From Candidatus Micrarchaeota archaeon (GTDB taxonomy: Archaea > Micrarchaeota > Micrarchaeia > Anstonellales > Anstonellaceae): a stretch of DNA of 42,614 nucleotides. Below, piece after piece: positions 25,786-36,001 of the stretch. The translations under genes and the position numbers were made by a program. The notes beneath the pieces were generated by a model that was not told the DNA's origin, ran no database searches, and saw only the letters and a program-made list of their open reading frames with translations. The DNA lies in assembly GCA_043810635.1 (NCBI GenBank), contig JBDRNY010000076.1:1-42614 (forward strand), given 5' to 3'. Positions within the stretch are counted from its first letter, which is position 1. Every line of letters starts with the position of its first letter.

Positions 25786-28700
25786 CTAAGGAAGCTGGTC
25801 TAATATCTTCCCCTCTTCTTCAGTTTTTGTTAATTTTCTTGTTTCGGACGGCTTGCCCTCTTGCTGCTGTTTTGGAGGCTTTTTTGAAATTAAAATATAG
25901 GCAAGCACTATTATGAGAAGAAGGGTAAGTGCTATCATATCAAGAGGGATATCCAGCTGCCCTTCTTCTGGTGCAAGCTTTTCTGCTCTTTTTATTATAG
26001 ACTCTGCCAATGGAATTGCATCTGCATATTTTTCATTGCTTATAAGCGAGTCAAGGGATTGCAAATCCTCATCCAAAGAGGAGAGATGGGTAGAATCTGG
26101 CTCGATTGAGCGAAGGCGCTCTATTGCCAAATATGCTGTGCGCCTCAAATTTTTGGCTGAATAGGAAATAGACGAAAATCCGTCATCTGCTTTTGCTTTT
26201 GCATCCAATACAATTCCGTCTGCCTCTGAAAGCAGGAATTCCCTTTGCTGAATTGATTGCAATGCTGAAGAAAGGGAGGAAGGCGTTTCTTCTTCCCATT
26301 TTGAAAAAATGGCTTGGACAGATTTTTGCAATGCTTTTGCCTCTTTTTCAGAAAGAGAGGGCTGGGTGAAATACTTTCCTGCAGAATTCAGGATGGAAAG
26401 CGAGTTTAGATAAGATGTGAGAAGAGAATCTGCCTCCTGTGCTTTTGAAAGAATTTCCTCTTTCCTTGTATTTTGCATTTCAAATTTTTGCTGTGCCGAA
26501 GAAAGTGCATCTGAATAAGATGGTTCTAGTTTTTGGCGGGCGGGGATGAGGAATTGGAAGGCGGGGAAAATTTCTCCTTTTTGAAGAGAGGCTTGCGCTT
26601 TTGAAAGCGCTTCATCGCTTTCAGATGAAATTTGCTCATCCAATCCAAGCAATTGTATTGCTTCATACAATTCCAAAGATTTGGAATATAATTCATTATA
26701 TTCTGAATTTGCTTTTTTCTTTGCTTTTTCCTCGGTTTTTGCATATGCACTGCGCCACTTAATATTTGCTTTTTCTATTTCCCCTTCTGCAGCAAGAGAG
26801 TTTGCATCTGAAAGAAAAGTGGAAAGGGCGGAATGCCAATCATTTAAATCCTCGGCAAAAGAGGAATTTAATGCAGAAAGGTTTTGCAAATAGAGCAAAA
26901 GCCGGCTGGCCTGCTCCCCCTCTTCTTCCCATGCCTTTCTTGCTTTTCCGTCATCAATTACCTGGGAGGAAAGGCGGGATTGTAATTTTTCAATATATTC
27001 ATAAGCGGTTTTTGTTTCCCCGCCGTCAAACGCTTTTTGCGCAACATCTGCCATTTCCAAAGAAACGGAATCATTGTAATAAACTGCTTTTTGCCTTAAT
27101 ATGGAAAGGGTGGAATTAAGCCATTCCTCGGGCTCGTTGATATTATAAGAGACTGAAACAAGAGCCTGCCCATCTTCCGGAACCGGAGTAAGCTGTGCTG
27201 TCCATGCAATACCCCCCACATACCGGGTATCCAGATGCTTTATTTTGGATTTGTCTGAAGACAGTTTGAAATTCTCAAGCTTGGAAAAAGTGTGCTCATC
27301 AACCTCAAATACTGCATTTTCACATTGGGGAAGGCTGGTGAGGGGGAGAAGGTATGAAATGCCGAGGGTTGGGGGGGAGGAAGGGGATGGAGTGATGATG
27401 TAATTTTGCTTTTCAAGCAGATAGGGCTGATGAAGAAGTATTTTTATGGAAAATGAATTTATATTTGGATTGAAATTTGAAATAATGAAATAAATTACAT
27501 CATTTCCATCAGAATCTGCAGCCCACACCCCTTCAAATTCCTCCCCTTCCGAAGCAATAAGTGTTGCTTCGCCAGAGCTTCCGCTTGCTGGCCAGGGAAT
27601 TCCTATTTTCAGGGAGGAGGGGGGGTAAAGGGCGGTTAGGGAATAATTTGCTTCCATGCCGGCTTTGCCTTCTTTGCTTATTTCAAACAAGCAAGAAGTT
27701 TGGGTATGCTGGAACGGAATTTTGCTTGATGTGAAAGAAAGCGAAACTTTTTCAAACGCATCTATTGAAGAGAGGGAAATATGTATTTTGCCTTCTGTTG
27801 AATAACTGTTTTCTATATTTGAATTGGCAGATTGCACTTCCCTGAATTGGAATGGAATATCAAAGGGGCATTCTATAAGCAAATTATTCGGATAATATAA
27901 ATTTAAGGTGTTGGAAGATGCCCACTCCCCGCCAGTGTCAAGCCTTTTCAAAGAAACGGGGGGGGAATTGTCTGAAGAAATCCAGTTTGCGTTCTTGCAT
28001 AAAACAGAATTTATGGCATTTCTCACATCCTTGTCCATGCTTTCTTCCTGCTTTTTTAATTTCAAATTAAGTTCATTTAGATGCTGGAATGCATAAAGAG
28101 ACCATTTATCAGCTTCCCTTAATTTTTCAAATTCATTTTCAAAATTTTCCAACGCGGCAGGATTTTCCTCTTTTATTGCCTCTGCATTAGAATGCAATTT
28201 AAGGTATTTTTCATTTTCTTCCAAAAGACGGGCATGCAACTCGCTCTGTATTGCCATTATTTGGCTGTTTATTTCATCCAAAGTTATTTCAAACCCTTTT
28301 TTGTAAAGAGAATTCAGCGAGTCATGCTTTGCCTGGTAGGAGGATATGTCAACTTCCATTCCTTCCCCGGCATCAATAAATTCCTGAAATTTCTTAAGGG
28401 CATTTTCAATATCCTCATTTTCCGCATGCTTTTCAGGAGATTCTAATTTTTCTATTCCAATATTTGAATTATACAGCACTTTTTTGCACAAATCATATTT
28501 CAACCCAAGAGAGGAATGCTGCTTTGCGTCAAGCATGCTTTGGTTTGCTTTTTCAAAATATTGCAATGCATATACAAGGGAAAGAGACTGCCCCAATTCA
28601 TTGCTTCTTTCTGCTTCAGATATTTTGCTTTCCAGCAGCTGAAATTTCTCTTCAGCCGCAATGCATGCATTTTTGCTTTTTTCATGCATGCTTTCATTCA

Positions 28701-30210
28701 TTTCATATGCCGCGTCCATTGCATGCAAATATGAGCGGGAGGCATTGTTGTAATAATGCATCCTGAATGCGGCCCATCCTTTGCTTTTAGCTGAAATCGC
28801 TTTCCCGCCGTCAAAATAACTGTTTCCTGAAGAAGCGTGCCCCTCAAACTGGGAATATAAGCCCGGTATTGTGCCGGTAGCCCTTGCCGCCACAAACATG
28901 GGGGAAGGTGTATCGTCAAAATCATCCCAATAAGAAAATAATTCATAATTGTTGCTTTTTGCAAATTTTTCAAAATTTTTCACTTCCCCCTTCAAATTTT
29001 CTGCATAGCTTTTGTTTCCCACAACTTCTGAAACCATTATTTTTTCCGCCTCTGCAAGAGAGCGCTCAAATTCAATTCCTGTTTCAATGATTGAATTTTC
29101 CCCTGACATTAAATTATAAGCATCTGCAATATTGGCAGATGAATGGTTGAATAAAGGAAGGTGGCCCGGCTCCTCGCAAACCATTTCAAATATTGCAAGG
29201 GAGCGGTATACCCGCGCATATTTTTGTGCCGAATCCGCAGAAGCGGGGTAAGGGGTGTCTGGGTCTGAATATTTTGCTGCAAGCGCCACAAAATTTGCCC
29301 ATTCATTATACGCCGGCTTTGCTTTTCCAGAATAAATATCATTATCTGCCCCCATCTCCTCAAGCTTTTTTGCCCTTTCCTGCGCATCTGAAAAAACTTT
29401 GTTTGTTGCACCGGCAGAAGCTTCCAAAGCATCAGTCTGGTTTCCCATCACATGCCTCCAATGGGAAGAGTAGTCAAATGCCCCGGGGGCATTTGCCGCA
29501 ATATCCATTAAATAATCAGATAGAAAAGAGGTGCTGACAGAAAGAAGGAACGGCACGGGCCCCATAACAGAAAAAGTGGGAACAAACAATAGAAGAAGGG
29601 GGGATAAAACAATTTTTGAATCAATATTTTCCCCAACATTAAGTTCAGAATATTTTTTCAAATTCAGGAAATTCTTGGATGCTTTTTCATAAGATTCTTT
29701 TGCCTTGCGCGCGGATTTTTGGGTATTTTTTATTTCCCCCTTTTGCTCAAGATATTTTTCTGAAAAAGAAATGTCTGCCCCATATCCGGAGGAGGCATTT
29801 GCATCCCATTTTTCCATATTTGTTGAAAGAAGAGAGGCATGCAATGCGGGAAGGTATATATGATCCGGAAGGTCTGCCCTTCCGCTTAAGGAAAGAAGGG
29901 TTTTGGCAATTCCTATGTAGATGGCATGATTTTCCTTCAGCACATATGCGCTGTCCCACTCTTCTTTCGGCTCCCAAAATCTTCGGAATTCTTCCCTTAA
30001 TTTAATCTGGTTTATTGAATTTACATTTGAATAATCTTTTTGATAAGGGGCGGATGAAGAGTATGTTTCATTCATAAGTGTAGTTATATCTTGTGCAATT
30101 TCCCCTTCATACAAGGAATTTTGTGCAAAAAGGAGGGATGAAAATAGGAGAAGGAGAAAGGGCTGCCATTTTAATCGAAAATCAGCCAGAAACACCACCC
30201 ACAGCAACAA
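25786..30210 (-). CDS. Large secreted, C-terminally anchored protein rich in helical/coiled-coil segments
   Basis: 1474-aa ORF; signal peptide FLLLLFSSLLFA; C-terminal TM helix; start uncertain. Confidence 0.8.
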   Translation of the reverse strand: MLLWVVFLADFRLKWQPFLLLLFSSLLFAQNSLYEGEIAQDITTLMNETYSSSAPYQKDYSNVNSINQIKLREEFRRFWEPKEEWDSAYVLKENHAIYIGIAKTLLSLSGRADLPDHIYLPALHASLLSTNMEKWDANASSGYGADISFSEKYLEQKGEIKNTQKSARKAKESYEKASKNFLNLKKYSELNVGENIDSKIVLSPLLLLFVPTFSVMGPVPFLLSVSTSFLSDYLMDIAANAPGAFDYSSHWRHVMGNQTDALEASAGATNKVFSDAQERAKKLEEMGADNDIYSGKAKPAYNEWANFVALAAKYSDPDTPYPASADSAQKYARVYRSLAIFEMVCEEPGHLPLFNHSSANIADAYNLMSGENSIIETGIEFERSLAEAEKIMVSEVVGNKSYAENLKGEVKNFEKFAKSNNYELFSYWDDFDDTPSPMFVAARATGTIPGLYSQFEGHASSGNSYFDGGKAISAKSKGWAAFRMHYYNNASRSYLHAMDAAYEMNESMHEKSKNACIAAEEKFQLLESKISEAERSNELGQSLSLVYALQYFEKANQSMLDAKQHSSLGLKYDLCKKVLYNSNIGIEKLESPEKHAENEDIENALKKFQEFIDAGEGMEVDISSYQAKHDSLNSLYKKGFEITLDEINSQIMAIQSELHARLLEENEKYLKLHSNAEAIKEENPAALENFENEFEKLREADKWSLYAFQHLNELNLKLKKQEESMDKDVRNAINSVLCKNANWISSDNSPPVSLKRLDTGGEWASSNTLNLYYPNNLLIECPFDIPFQFREVQSANSNIENSYSTEGKIHISLSSIDAFEKVSLSFTSSKIPFQHTQTSCLFEISKEGKAGMEANYSLTALYPPSSLKIGIPWPASGSSGEATLIASEGEEFEGVWAADSDGNDVIYFIISNFNPNINSFSIKILLHQPYLLEKQNYIITPSPSSPPTLGISYLLPLTSLPQCENAVFEVDEHTFSKLENFKLSSDKSKIKHLDTRYVGGIAWTAQLTPVPEDGQALVSVSYNINEPEEWLNSTLSILRQKAVYYNDSVSLEMADVAQKAFDGGETKTAYEYIEKLQSRLSSQVIDDGKARKAWEEEGEQASRLLLYLQNLSALNSSFAEDLNDWHSALSTFLSDANSLAAEGEIEKANIKWRSAYAKTEEKAKKKANSEYNELYSKSLELYEAIQLLGLDEQISSESDEALSKAQASLQKGEIFPAFQFLIPARQKLEPSYSDALSSAQQKFEMQNTRKEEILSKAQEADSLLTSYLNSLSILNSAGKYFTQPSLSEKEAKALQKSVQAIFSKWEEETPSSLSSALQSIQQREFLLSEADGIVLDAKAKADDGFSSISYSAKNLRRTAYLAIERLRSIEPDSTHLSSLDEDLQSLDSLISNEKYADAIPLAESIIKRAEKLAPEEGQLDIPLDMIALTLLLIIVLAYILISKKPPKQQQEGKPSETRKLTKTEEEGKILDQLP

Positions 30211-30293
30211 TATAGGTGATTTAAGTTTATATACAATGCGCCGATGGTTGGGGAATTTAAACTTATTTTGCTTAGTTCATGCGGGAGGAGTTC

Positions 30294-32381
30294 ATGACCG
30301 AATATATAGCAATGCCTATGCCACAGAAACCTGGACAGCGACCGATGCGCAAGGTGGAAATTGATCTGGATTTTGAAGGAAAAAAACAGACATATGCAGT
30401 ATTTGTAAGGCACGGCCAGCCCCTTGTCGAAGCTATCAGGGAGCTGCAGCGGCAGGGAGTGCTGGATTTAGTTTCAGCCAATGGCTTTTCTTATATCGTC
30501 CGTGTGCGGGGGCAGACTGCAGGTAAAGCAACAGAACAAGAGTTGCCATGGTATTTTCCATACCCCATAGATCCGGACCTTCTTAACGGTCCTGCTGACA
30601 CAGGCTTTGAATTCTGGAGGATTGATGAGGATGGGAACCGAAATGTGCCGGTAACTGATAAAGATGGTAAAAAATATTTTCTTACCTTTGATGATATCTT
30701 AGTCACTGAAGACATTAGAATCGGGATTGGCGCCAATTATGGAGGCAGGTATGAGTATGAAAAGGATGGGGCTCCGGTGATTGACCACAGACAAAAAAAA
30801 GGCATATTGACTCCAGAACAGATAATGAAAGAACGGGAGCGAAATCCAAATGCCTTTCACACGCCGGTTGAGGAGATGATACCCGGATGGCTTGTGCGGG
30901 AAGACATACTCAACCCCTCCAAGTTTCAGAATATACGAGCAGGTATTGGTGAGCGCCCATTGCAGGTGCATTACATTCCGGCATCGCTTAGACCGAAGAG
31001 GTATAACCGCGAATTTTTAGATGGAATTTCACCAAAACTGCAGAAACTTTTGCCAGGACAAATGAGCCTCCAGCTGGCTCTTGCAAAGAAAATGAAAATA
31101 AAGGCAATAAAAGCTCCGGAAATTGAGATTAGTGCTGTTGCCCCCTTTGCAGGAGAAACAATTCCTGAAAATAATTTTGAATTTGGAAAAATTCCAAATG
31201 TTGATGAATTTTTGAACGGAAAAAATGATTTGAAATTGGAAAAAACAGCAAATACTCCAGATAATTTCGAGCAGAAAAACAAATTCAAAATGCCTTATGT
31301 TGAAAAAGAATTTGAATTTGATGAAATTGGACGGAAGGATGAAAAGCAGGATGAAGAAGGAAAATTCGCATTTGCTAATTCAAATAATACGAGAAATAAT
31401 GAAAAAAGCAATTATGCTGTTGACGAGAAAGGGATGATTGTTGAAGATATAATGCCGGGAAATGAGATTAAAATGCCGAATATTCAGAAAGAGAGAAATG
31501 CTATAATGCAAAATAATAGAGATAAGATTGTAAATGAAAATAAGCTTCCGATTGTTGGAATGCAACCTGTGGGAAAAAGAAATGAAGTGAAAACGAAAAA
31601 CACCCGTGTTGCAGACAAAAATAGAAATGAGGCAGCAAATGGAATGATGAATGCAGGAAATAAAAACAAAATTCAGAAGAAAAATTTGAATAACACGAGG
31701 ACAGTTTCCCATGCTGTGGCAAATGAAAAAATAAAGGCAATAATATTTGATTTGGACGGGGTATTGGCAGATTCTGAAAAACTGCACCTTCAGACATTTA
31801 ATGAGGTGTTTGGAAAGTATGGGGTGAAAATAGAGGAGAAATGCTGGATTGAGAATTATACGGGCAGGGGTTCGGAATATATTGTGCACCACTTGGTGAA
31901 AAAGAATAATTTGAATGGAGTGGATGAGAGGGGATTGGTAAGGGAGAGGATACTGGTTTTTGAAAAAAGAGTGGGGGAAGGGAAGCTGAAAGCAGCAAAA
32001 GGGGCGGTGAAGCTGATTAAATTGGCAAAAAAGAGGAAGATAAAATTAATTGTTGCTTCGGGGGGGCACAAAAAGAATGTCAAAACCCAGCTGAAAGCGA
32101 TTGGAATGGATGAATTGAAATATTTGGGCACGGAAGATGTGAAGAAAAGAAAGCCGAATCCGGAAGTGTTTGAAAAAGCTGTTAAAATGCTCGGGTTGAG
32201 GAAAGAAGAATGCATAATAGTAGAGGATTCCAAAACAGGGCTTGAAGCTGCAGTGGCGGCAAAAATAAAATGCATTTTAATAGGAAGGCATCATCCGAAA
32301 AAATTGAGGAAAAAGGCTAGCTTCTGGGCAAGTAAGCTTAATACCAAGAAATTGCTTAAGCTCTTTGCATCATTATGCTAA
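30294..32381 (+). CDS. Orphan N-terminal region fused to a HAD-superfamily (beta-PGM-like) phosphatase
   Basis: IIFDLDGVLADSE, VASGG, KPNP, VEDSKTG in the last ~215 aa; RBS GGGAGG. Confidence 0.8.
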   Translation: MTEYIAMPMPQKPGQRPMRKVEIDLDFEGKKQTYAVFVRHGQPLVEAIRELQRQGVLDLVSANGFSYIVRVRGQTAGKATEQELPWYFPYPIDPDLLNGPADTGFEFWRIDEDGNRNVPVTDKDGKKYFLTFDDILVTEDIRIGIGANYGGRYEYEKDGAPVIDHRQKKGILTPEQIMKERERNPNAFHTPVEEMIPGWLVREDILNPSKFQNIRAGIGERPLQVHYIPASLRPKRYNREFLDGISPKLQKLLPGQMSLQLALAKKMKIKAIKAPEIEISAVAPFAGETIPENNFEFGKIPNVDEFLNGKNDLKLEKTANTPDNFEQKNKFKMPYVEKEFEFDEIGRKDEKQDEEGKFAFANSNNTRNNEKSNYAVDEKGMIVEDIMPGNEIKMPNIQKERNAIMQNNRDKIVNENKLPIVGMQPVGKRNEVKTKNTRVADKNRNEAANGMMNAGNKNKIQKKNLNNTRTVSHAVANEKIKAIIFDLDGVLADSEKLHLQTFNEVFGKYGVKIEEKCWIENYTGRGSEYIVHHLVKKNNLNGVDERGLVRERILVFEKRVGEGKLKAAKGAVKLIKLAKKRKIKLIVASGGHKKNVKTQLKAIGMDELKYLGTEDVKKRKPNPEVFEKAVKMLGLRKEECIIVEDSKTGLEAAVAAKIKCILIGRHHPKKLRKKASFWASKLNTKKLLKLFASLC

Positions 32382-33372
32382 GCAGCTCTTTTTCTGAATG
32401 AGAATGTGATATCTTTCCCCTTAATTCCGCCGCATACCTGAATCCATGCGCAAGCTGAAGGGAAATTTCTTTTAGATAAACAAATGGAACACTATATTTT
32501 TTTGAAAGAAGAGAGTATTTTGTCATAAATTCCACTTTCTTTTTCCAATTTGCATCTTCAAATTGCTTCCCTGCAAAAAAATTCCTTGTTTGGGAAAATA
32601 TGAATGGGTTGGAAAGGGCAGCCCTGCCTATCATCACCCCCCCGCACCCGGAAATTTCAATAATTTTTTTAACATCTTCAGGAGTTTTCACATCTCCGTT
32701 TCCTATTATTGGTATGGAAACGCTTTCTACTATCTTCCCTATTCCTTTCCAATCTGCTTTTCCTGAAAAACCCTGTTTTTGGGTGCGTGCGTGCACAGTT
32801 ATTGCACTAATACCCTCTTTTTCAAGCAATTTTGCAATTTTCACGCTTTCACTTATTTTATGGGAGAGACGCATTTTGGCGGTGAGGGGAAGGGAGGAAT
32901 ATTTTTTTGCATTTTTTGCAATTTCAGATATTTTTTTTGGATAGGAAAGGAGGGAGGAGCCCGCCCCTGCTTTCACGACTTTTTGCGCCGGGCAACCCAG
33001 ATTCAAGTCAATTATTTTTGCATTTAATATTTTGCTTTGAATTTTTTCTTCCAGGTATTTTATTGCTGGGGAGATTTCGCCTGCCTTTGCCCCGAATAAT
33101 TGGATTGCGCTTATTCCTTTTTTCCCGCAACATATAAGGGAAAATGTTTTTGAATCAAATTTGCTTTTTTCCGGATTTTTTATTTTTTTATTTTTAATTT
33201 CAATTTTTTCCTCATATTCCCGTGCAAGTGCCGCGGCTGATGCCAATTCAGTATATACTAAATCTGCCCCGCTTTCTGCCATCAAATCCCTGAATGCGAT
33301 ATTTGTATACCCTGCCATGGGCGCAAGCGCCAGAGGCGGGGAAGAAGCTATTTTTAATTTGCCTATTTCCAT
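32356..33372 (-). CDS. dus: tRNA-dihydrouridine synthase
   Basis: [39 protein letters not shown]. Confidence 0.93.
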   Translation of the reverse strand: MEIGKLKIASSPPLALAPMAGYTNIAFRDLMAESGADLVYTELASAAALAREYEEKIEIKNKKIKNPEKSKFDSKTFSLICCGKKGISAIQLFGAKAGEISPAIKYLEEKIQSKILNAKIIDLNLGCPAQKVVKAGAGSSLLSYPKKISEIAKNAKKYSSLPLTAKMRLSHKISESVKIAKLLEKEGISAITVHARTQKQGFSGKADWKGIGKIVESVSIPIIGNGDVKTPEDVKKIIEISGCGGVMIGRAALSNPFIFSQTRNFFAGKQFEDANWKKKVEFMTKYSLLSKKYSVPFVYLKEISLQLAHGFRYAAELRGKISHSHSEKELLSIMMQRA

Positions 33373-33389
33373 CAAATATAGGTGAGGGG

Positions 33390-34076
33390 ATGAAACATAT
33401 TATACTTGCTATGTTAGTTGTGGGAATGATAATTTTTGCGGGCTGTGTTGGCGGAAGCTGGGATGCGGATATAAACAAAATAATTAAGACTGGCAAAGCA
33501 ACAGGCAACGGCAGCATGCAGAAATATTCTTTGGCGCATGAAGAAGAAGGCGAAAATGCAATCATAATTCCCGGGGCGGGCGAAGAAGAAGATAGTGTTG
33601 AGGTGGATGAGGGGAATAATTATGAGGTGGAAGAAATGGAAAAAAACCCGATAGTTGTGTTTGAAACAGACAAAGGGACATTTAAGGCGGAAATATTTGT
33701 AAATGAAGCTCCAATTACCGGCGGGAATTTTATGGAATTGGTGAGAAGCGAATTTTATGATGGTTTGACATTTCACAGGGTGGAGCCAAATTTTGTGGTG
33801 CAGGGAGGAGACCCGAAAGGAGATGGCACAGGCGGGAGCAACAAAACCATTCCTTTGGAAGTAAAGGAAAATTTGAAGCATGAAACAGGAAGCTTGGCAA
33901 TGGCAAGAAGCCAGAATTCGGATTCTGCATCCTCTCAATTTTATATTGTAATAGGGCCTGCCTCATTTTTGGACGGGCAGTATGCAGTATTCGGGAAAGT
34001 AAAAGGAAATGAGATGGAAGTTGTGAATAAAATTAAGATAGGGGACAAAATGAATAAAGTGTATGAGGAAAAATAG
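33390..34076 (+). CDS. Cyclophilin-type peptidyl-prolyl isomerase with a lipoprotein-like N-terminus
   Basis: IIFAGC lipobox; [46 protein letters not shown]. Confidence 0.92.
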   Translation: MKHIILAMLVVGMIIFAGCVGGSWDADINKIIKTGKATGNGSMQKYSLAHEEEGENAIIIPGAGEEEDSVEVDEGNNYEVEEMEKNPIVVFETDKGTFKAEIFVNEAPITGGNFMELVRSEFYDGLTFHRVEPNFVVQGGDPKGDGTGGSNKTIPLEVKENLKHETGSLAMARSQNSDSASSQFYIVIGPASFLDGQYAVFGKVKGNEMEVVNKIKIGDKMNKVYEEK

Positions 34077-34129
34077 GTTCCATTTTGTTTTTTAACTCTT
34101 ATTTTCATAAACTCTTTACTGTGTTTTTC

Positions 34130-34202
34130 GGGGGGATGATCTAACCTGGTATGATGCCAGCTTTGGGAGCTGGTAGTCCGAGTTCAAATCTCGGTCCCCC
34201 CA
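34130..34202 (+). tRNA. tRNA-Pro (TGG), intronless, CCA not encoded
   Basis: GGGGGGA/TCCCCCC acceptor stem, CCAGC-TTTGGGA-GCTGG anticodon arm, CCGAG-TTCAAAT-CTCGG T arm. Confidence 0.95.
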
Positions 34203-34395
34203 TCCGCAGATGGGGAGCCTTGCCAGTAAGGGCAAGCTAACCTCAAATCAACAAATTTGAGGGCATTGCCCGTCCTACAAATTGCGAAGCAATTTGGGAT
34301 GCTCATCGGCAAAGCCGATGGCACACCGAAGCCAAAAGGCTTCGATTGCCCCAAAGTCCGAAGGACTTTGTAGGGAAGAGCAAGCTAACCCCCAT
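34203..34395. repeat. Hairpin-array element, second member of the family
   Basis: CCTAC-AAATTGC-gaa-GCAATTT-GGGATGCTC-ATCGGC-aaa-GCCGAT-GGCACACC...CCC-AAAGTCC-gaa-GGACTTT-GTAGG; GCAAGCTAACC direct repeat at 34232 and 34380. Confidence 0.75.
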
Positions 34396-34398
34396 TTT

Positions 34399-35382
34399 CT
34401 AAATTCCTGCAGAAACCAACAAAAACCACAAGTAGATGCCGTAAATTGCAAGAAGGGCCGCCCCCTGGTATTTTGATATGAAAAGAGGGGGCTTGTAAAA
34501 TACAGCCATAATGAAAAGAAGCACACTGCTGAATATTACCATAAGCAAGTCAATATTTCTGTCAAATGCAAATGGAATCGGGTTGAGGAGGGAAGCCAGG
34601 CCTAGCACAAAAAACAGGTTGAAAATGTTTGAGCCGACAACATTTCCTATTGCCAAATCCACATTTTTCCTGAGCGCTGCAAGAATTGAAGTGATAAGCT
34701 CGGGGAGGGAAGTGCCTATTGCAACAATTGACAATCCGATAATGGATTCGCTTATTCCAAGCTGGCCTGCCATAAATATTGCGCCCTCAACCACCCATCT
34801 TCCGCCCAAATAAAGGCCGAGGAGGCCGATAAACAAATACATTGCAGAAGTGGGCAGGCTGTATTCGGGGGGAGCGCCCGCTTTCTTATTTTTCTTCCTT
34901 TCATTTTGGTCATTGCGCGTCATTCCATAAACATAATACAAAAATAAAAGGAAAAAGCATAAAAGGATAAATCCGTCGCCCCTTGTAATTTCAGAAATAG
35001 AATCCCCGTCAAGAAGGATGTCGTTTGCCAGCACTGCAATAACAAGGGCTGCAAGAAGGCTGAAAGGAATTTCTTTCCATGTTGTTGCATGGGGAAGGGA
35101 AATTTTTGAAATAATTGCTGCAATACCCATTATAAGCAAAATATTTGATATATTGCTCCCGAGAATATTTCCTATAAGCAAATCTGTGCTTCCGTCAACG
35201 CTTGCAATTAAGCTTACAATAAGCTCGGGAAGGGAAGTGCCGAAAGAAACTATTGTCAATCCTATTACCAAATCTGACACATTAAACCTTCTTGCAATTG
35301 CCACAGAGCCTTTTATAAGAAAATCCGCGCCTTTTACAAGCGCAACAAACCCAAGTATAAATAATGCATACTCAAGATACAT
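34399..35382 (-). CDS. Calcium/sodium antiporter (CaCA, YrbG-like)
   Basis: Two GTSLPE alpha repeats; GSNISN and GSNIFN. Confidence 0.93.
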   Translation of the reverse strand: MYLEYALFILGFVALVKGADFLIKGSVAIARRFNVSDLVIGLTIVSFGTSLPELIVSLIASVDGSTDLLIGNILGSNISNILLIMGIAAIISKISLPHATTWKEIPFSLLAALVIAVLANDILLDGDSISEITRGDGFILLCFFLLFLYYVYGMTRNDQNERKKNKKAGAPPEYSLPTSAMYLFIGLLGLYLGGRWVVEGAIFMAGQLGISESIIGLSIVAIGTSLPELITSILAALRKNVDLAIGNVVGSNIFNLFFVLGLASLLNPIPFAFDRNIDLLMVIFSSVLLFIMAVFYKPPLFISKYQGAALLAIYGIYLWFLLVSAGI

Positions 35383-35445
35383 GGAAATAGTTTGGAGGGT
35401 GGGTAATAAAAAACCTTAATAAGGGAAGAGGGGAGATGTTTGAAT

Positions 35446-35985
35446 ATGGTAAGACGCACCCTGCAGTTTGTGATAAAACAATTGGAAAAAAGATGGATTT
35501 ATCTCAGCGCGCGGGCTGTTGTTTTGCTGCTTTTCGGAAGCATATTGTTTTTCCCTGAAGAGCTTTTGATTGCGCTTGAAAGCCCGGCTATTCTCGGAGT
35601 GATGCTGTTTGCAACAATAATATTTGCAATCATACTTTTGGGTGATTTGCTTACAACAAGGCAGAAAACAGTCGGCTCGCTTATGTACAAATATGTTTTC
35701 CTGACATTTTCAATAATACTTGCCTATGGATTGTTTTATTACATAAATGCAACTTTGTTTGAGCCCCCGGGATTTGGATACCTACACCCAGGAATCCATG
35801 AATTGGAAAGGGATGTGTTTTATTTCAGCGGAGTGACTTATTTCACGATAGGGTACGGGGATATTACGCCGGTTGGGGCAAATGCGCGCACTGCCGCAAT
35901 TACAGAAGCATTTGCAGGCAATGTGATAAACCTTGTTGTATTGGCAACCGCATTTCAAAGATGGGTGTGGAGAAACAAGAGATAG
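35446..35985 (+). CDS. Potassium channel pore protein (Ion_trans_2)
   Basis: YFSGVTYFTIGYGDITP selectivity-filter motif. Confidence 0.88.
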   Translation: MVRRTLQFVIKQLEKRWIYLSARAVVLLLFGSILFFPEELLIALESPAILGVMLFATIIFAIILLGDLLTTRQKTVGSLMYKYVFLTFSIILAYGLFYYINATLFEPPGFGYLHPGIHELERDVFYFSGVTYFTIGYGDITPVGANARTAAITEAFAGNVINLVVLATAFQRWVWRNKR

Positions 35986-36001
35986 TTGTAGGATATAAAA
36001 T

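Noticed and set aside
34275..34526. Short ORFs on both strands over the post-tRNA hairpin region
   Set aside because: By-products of GC-rich palindromes and overlap with the antiporter gene; no protein features.
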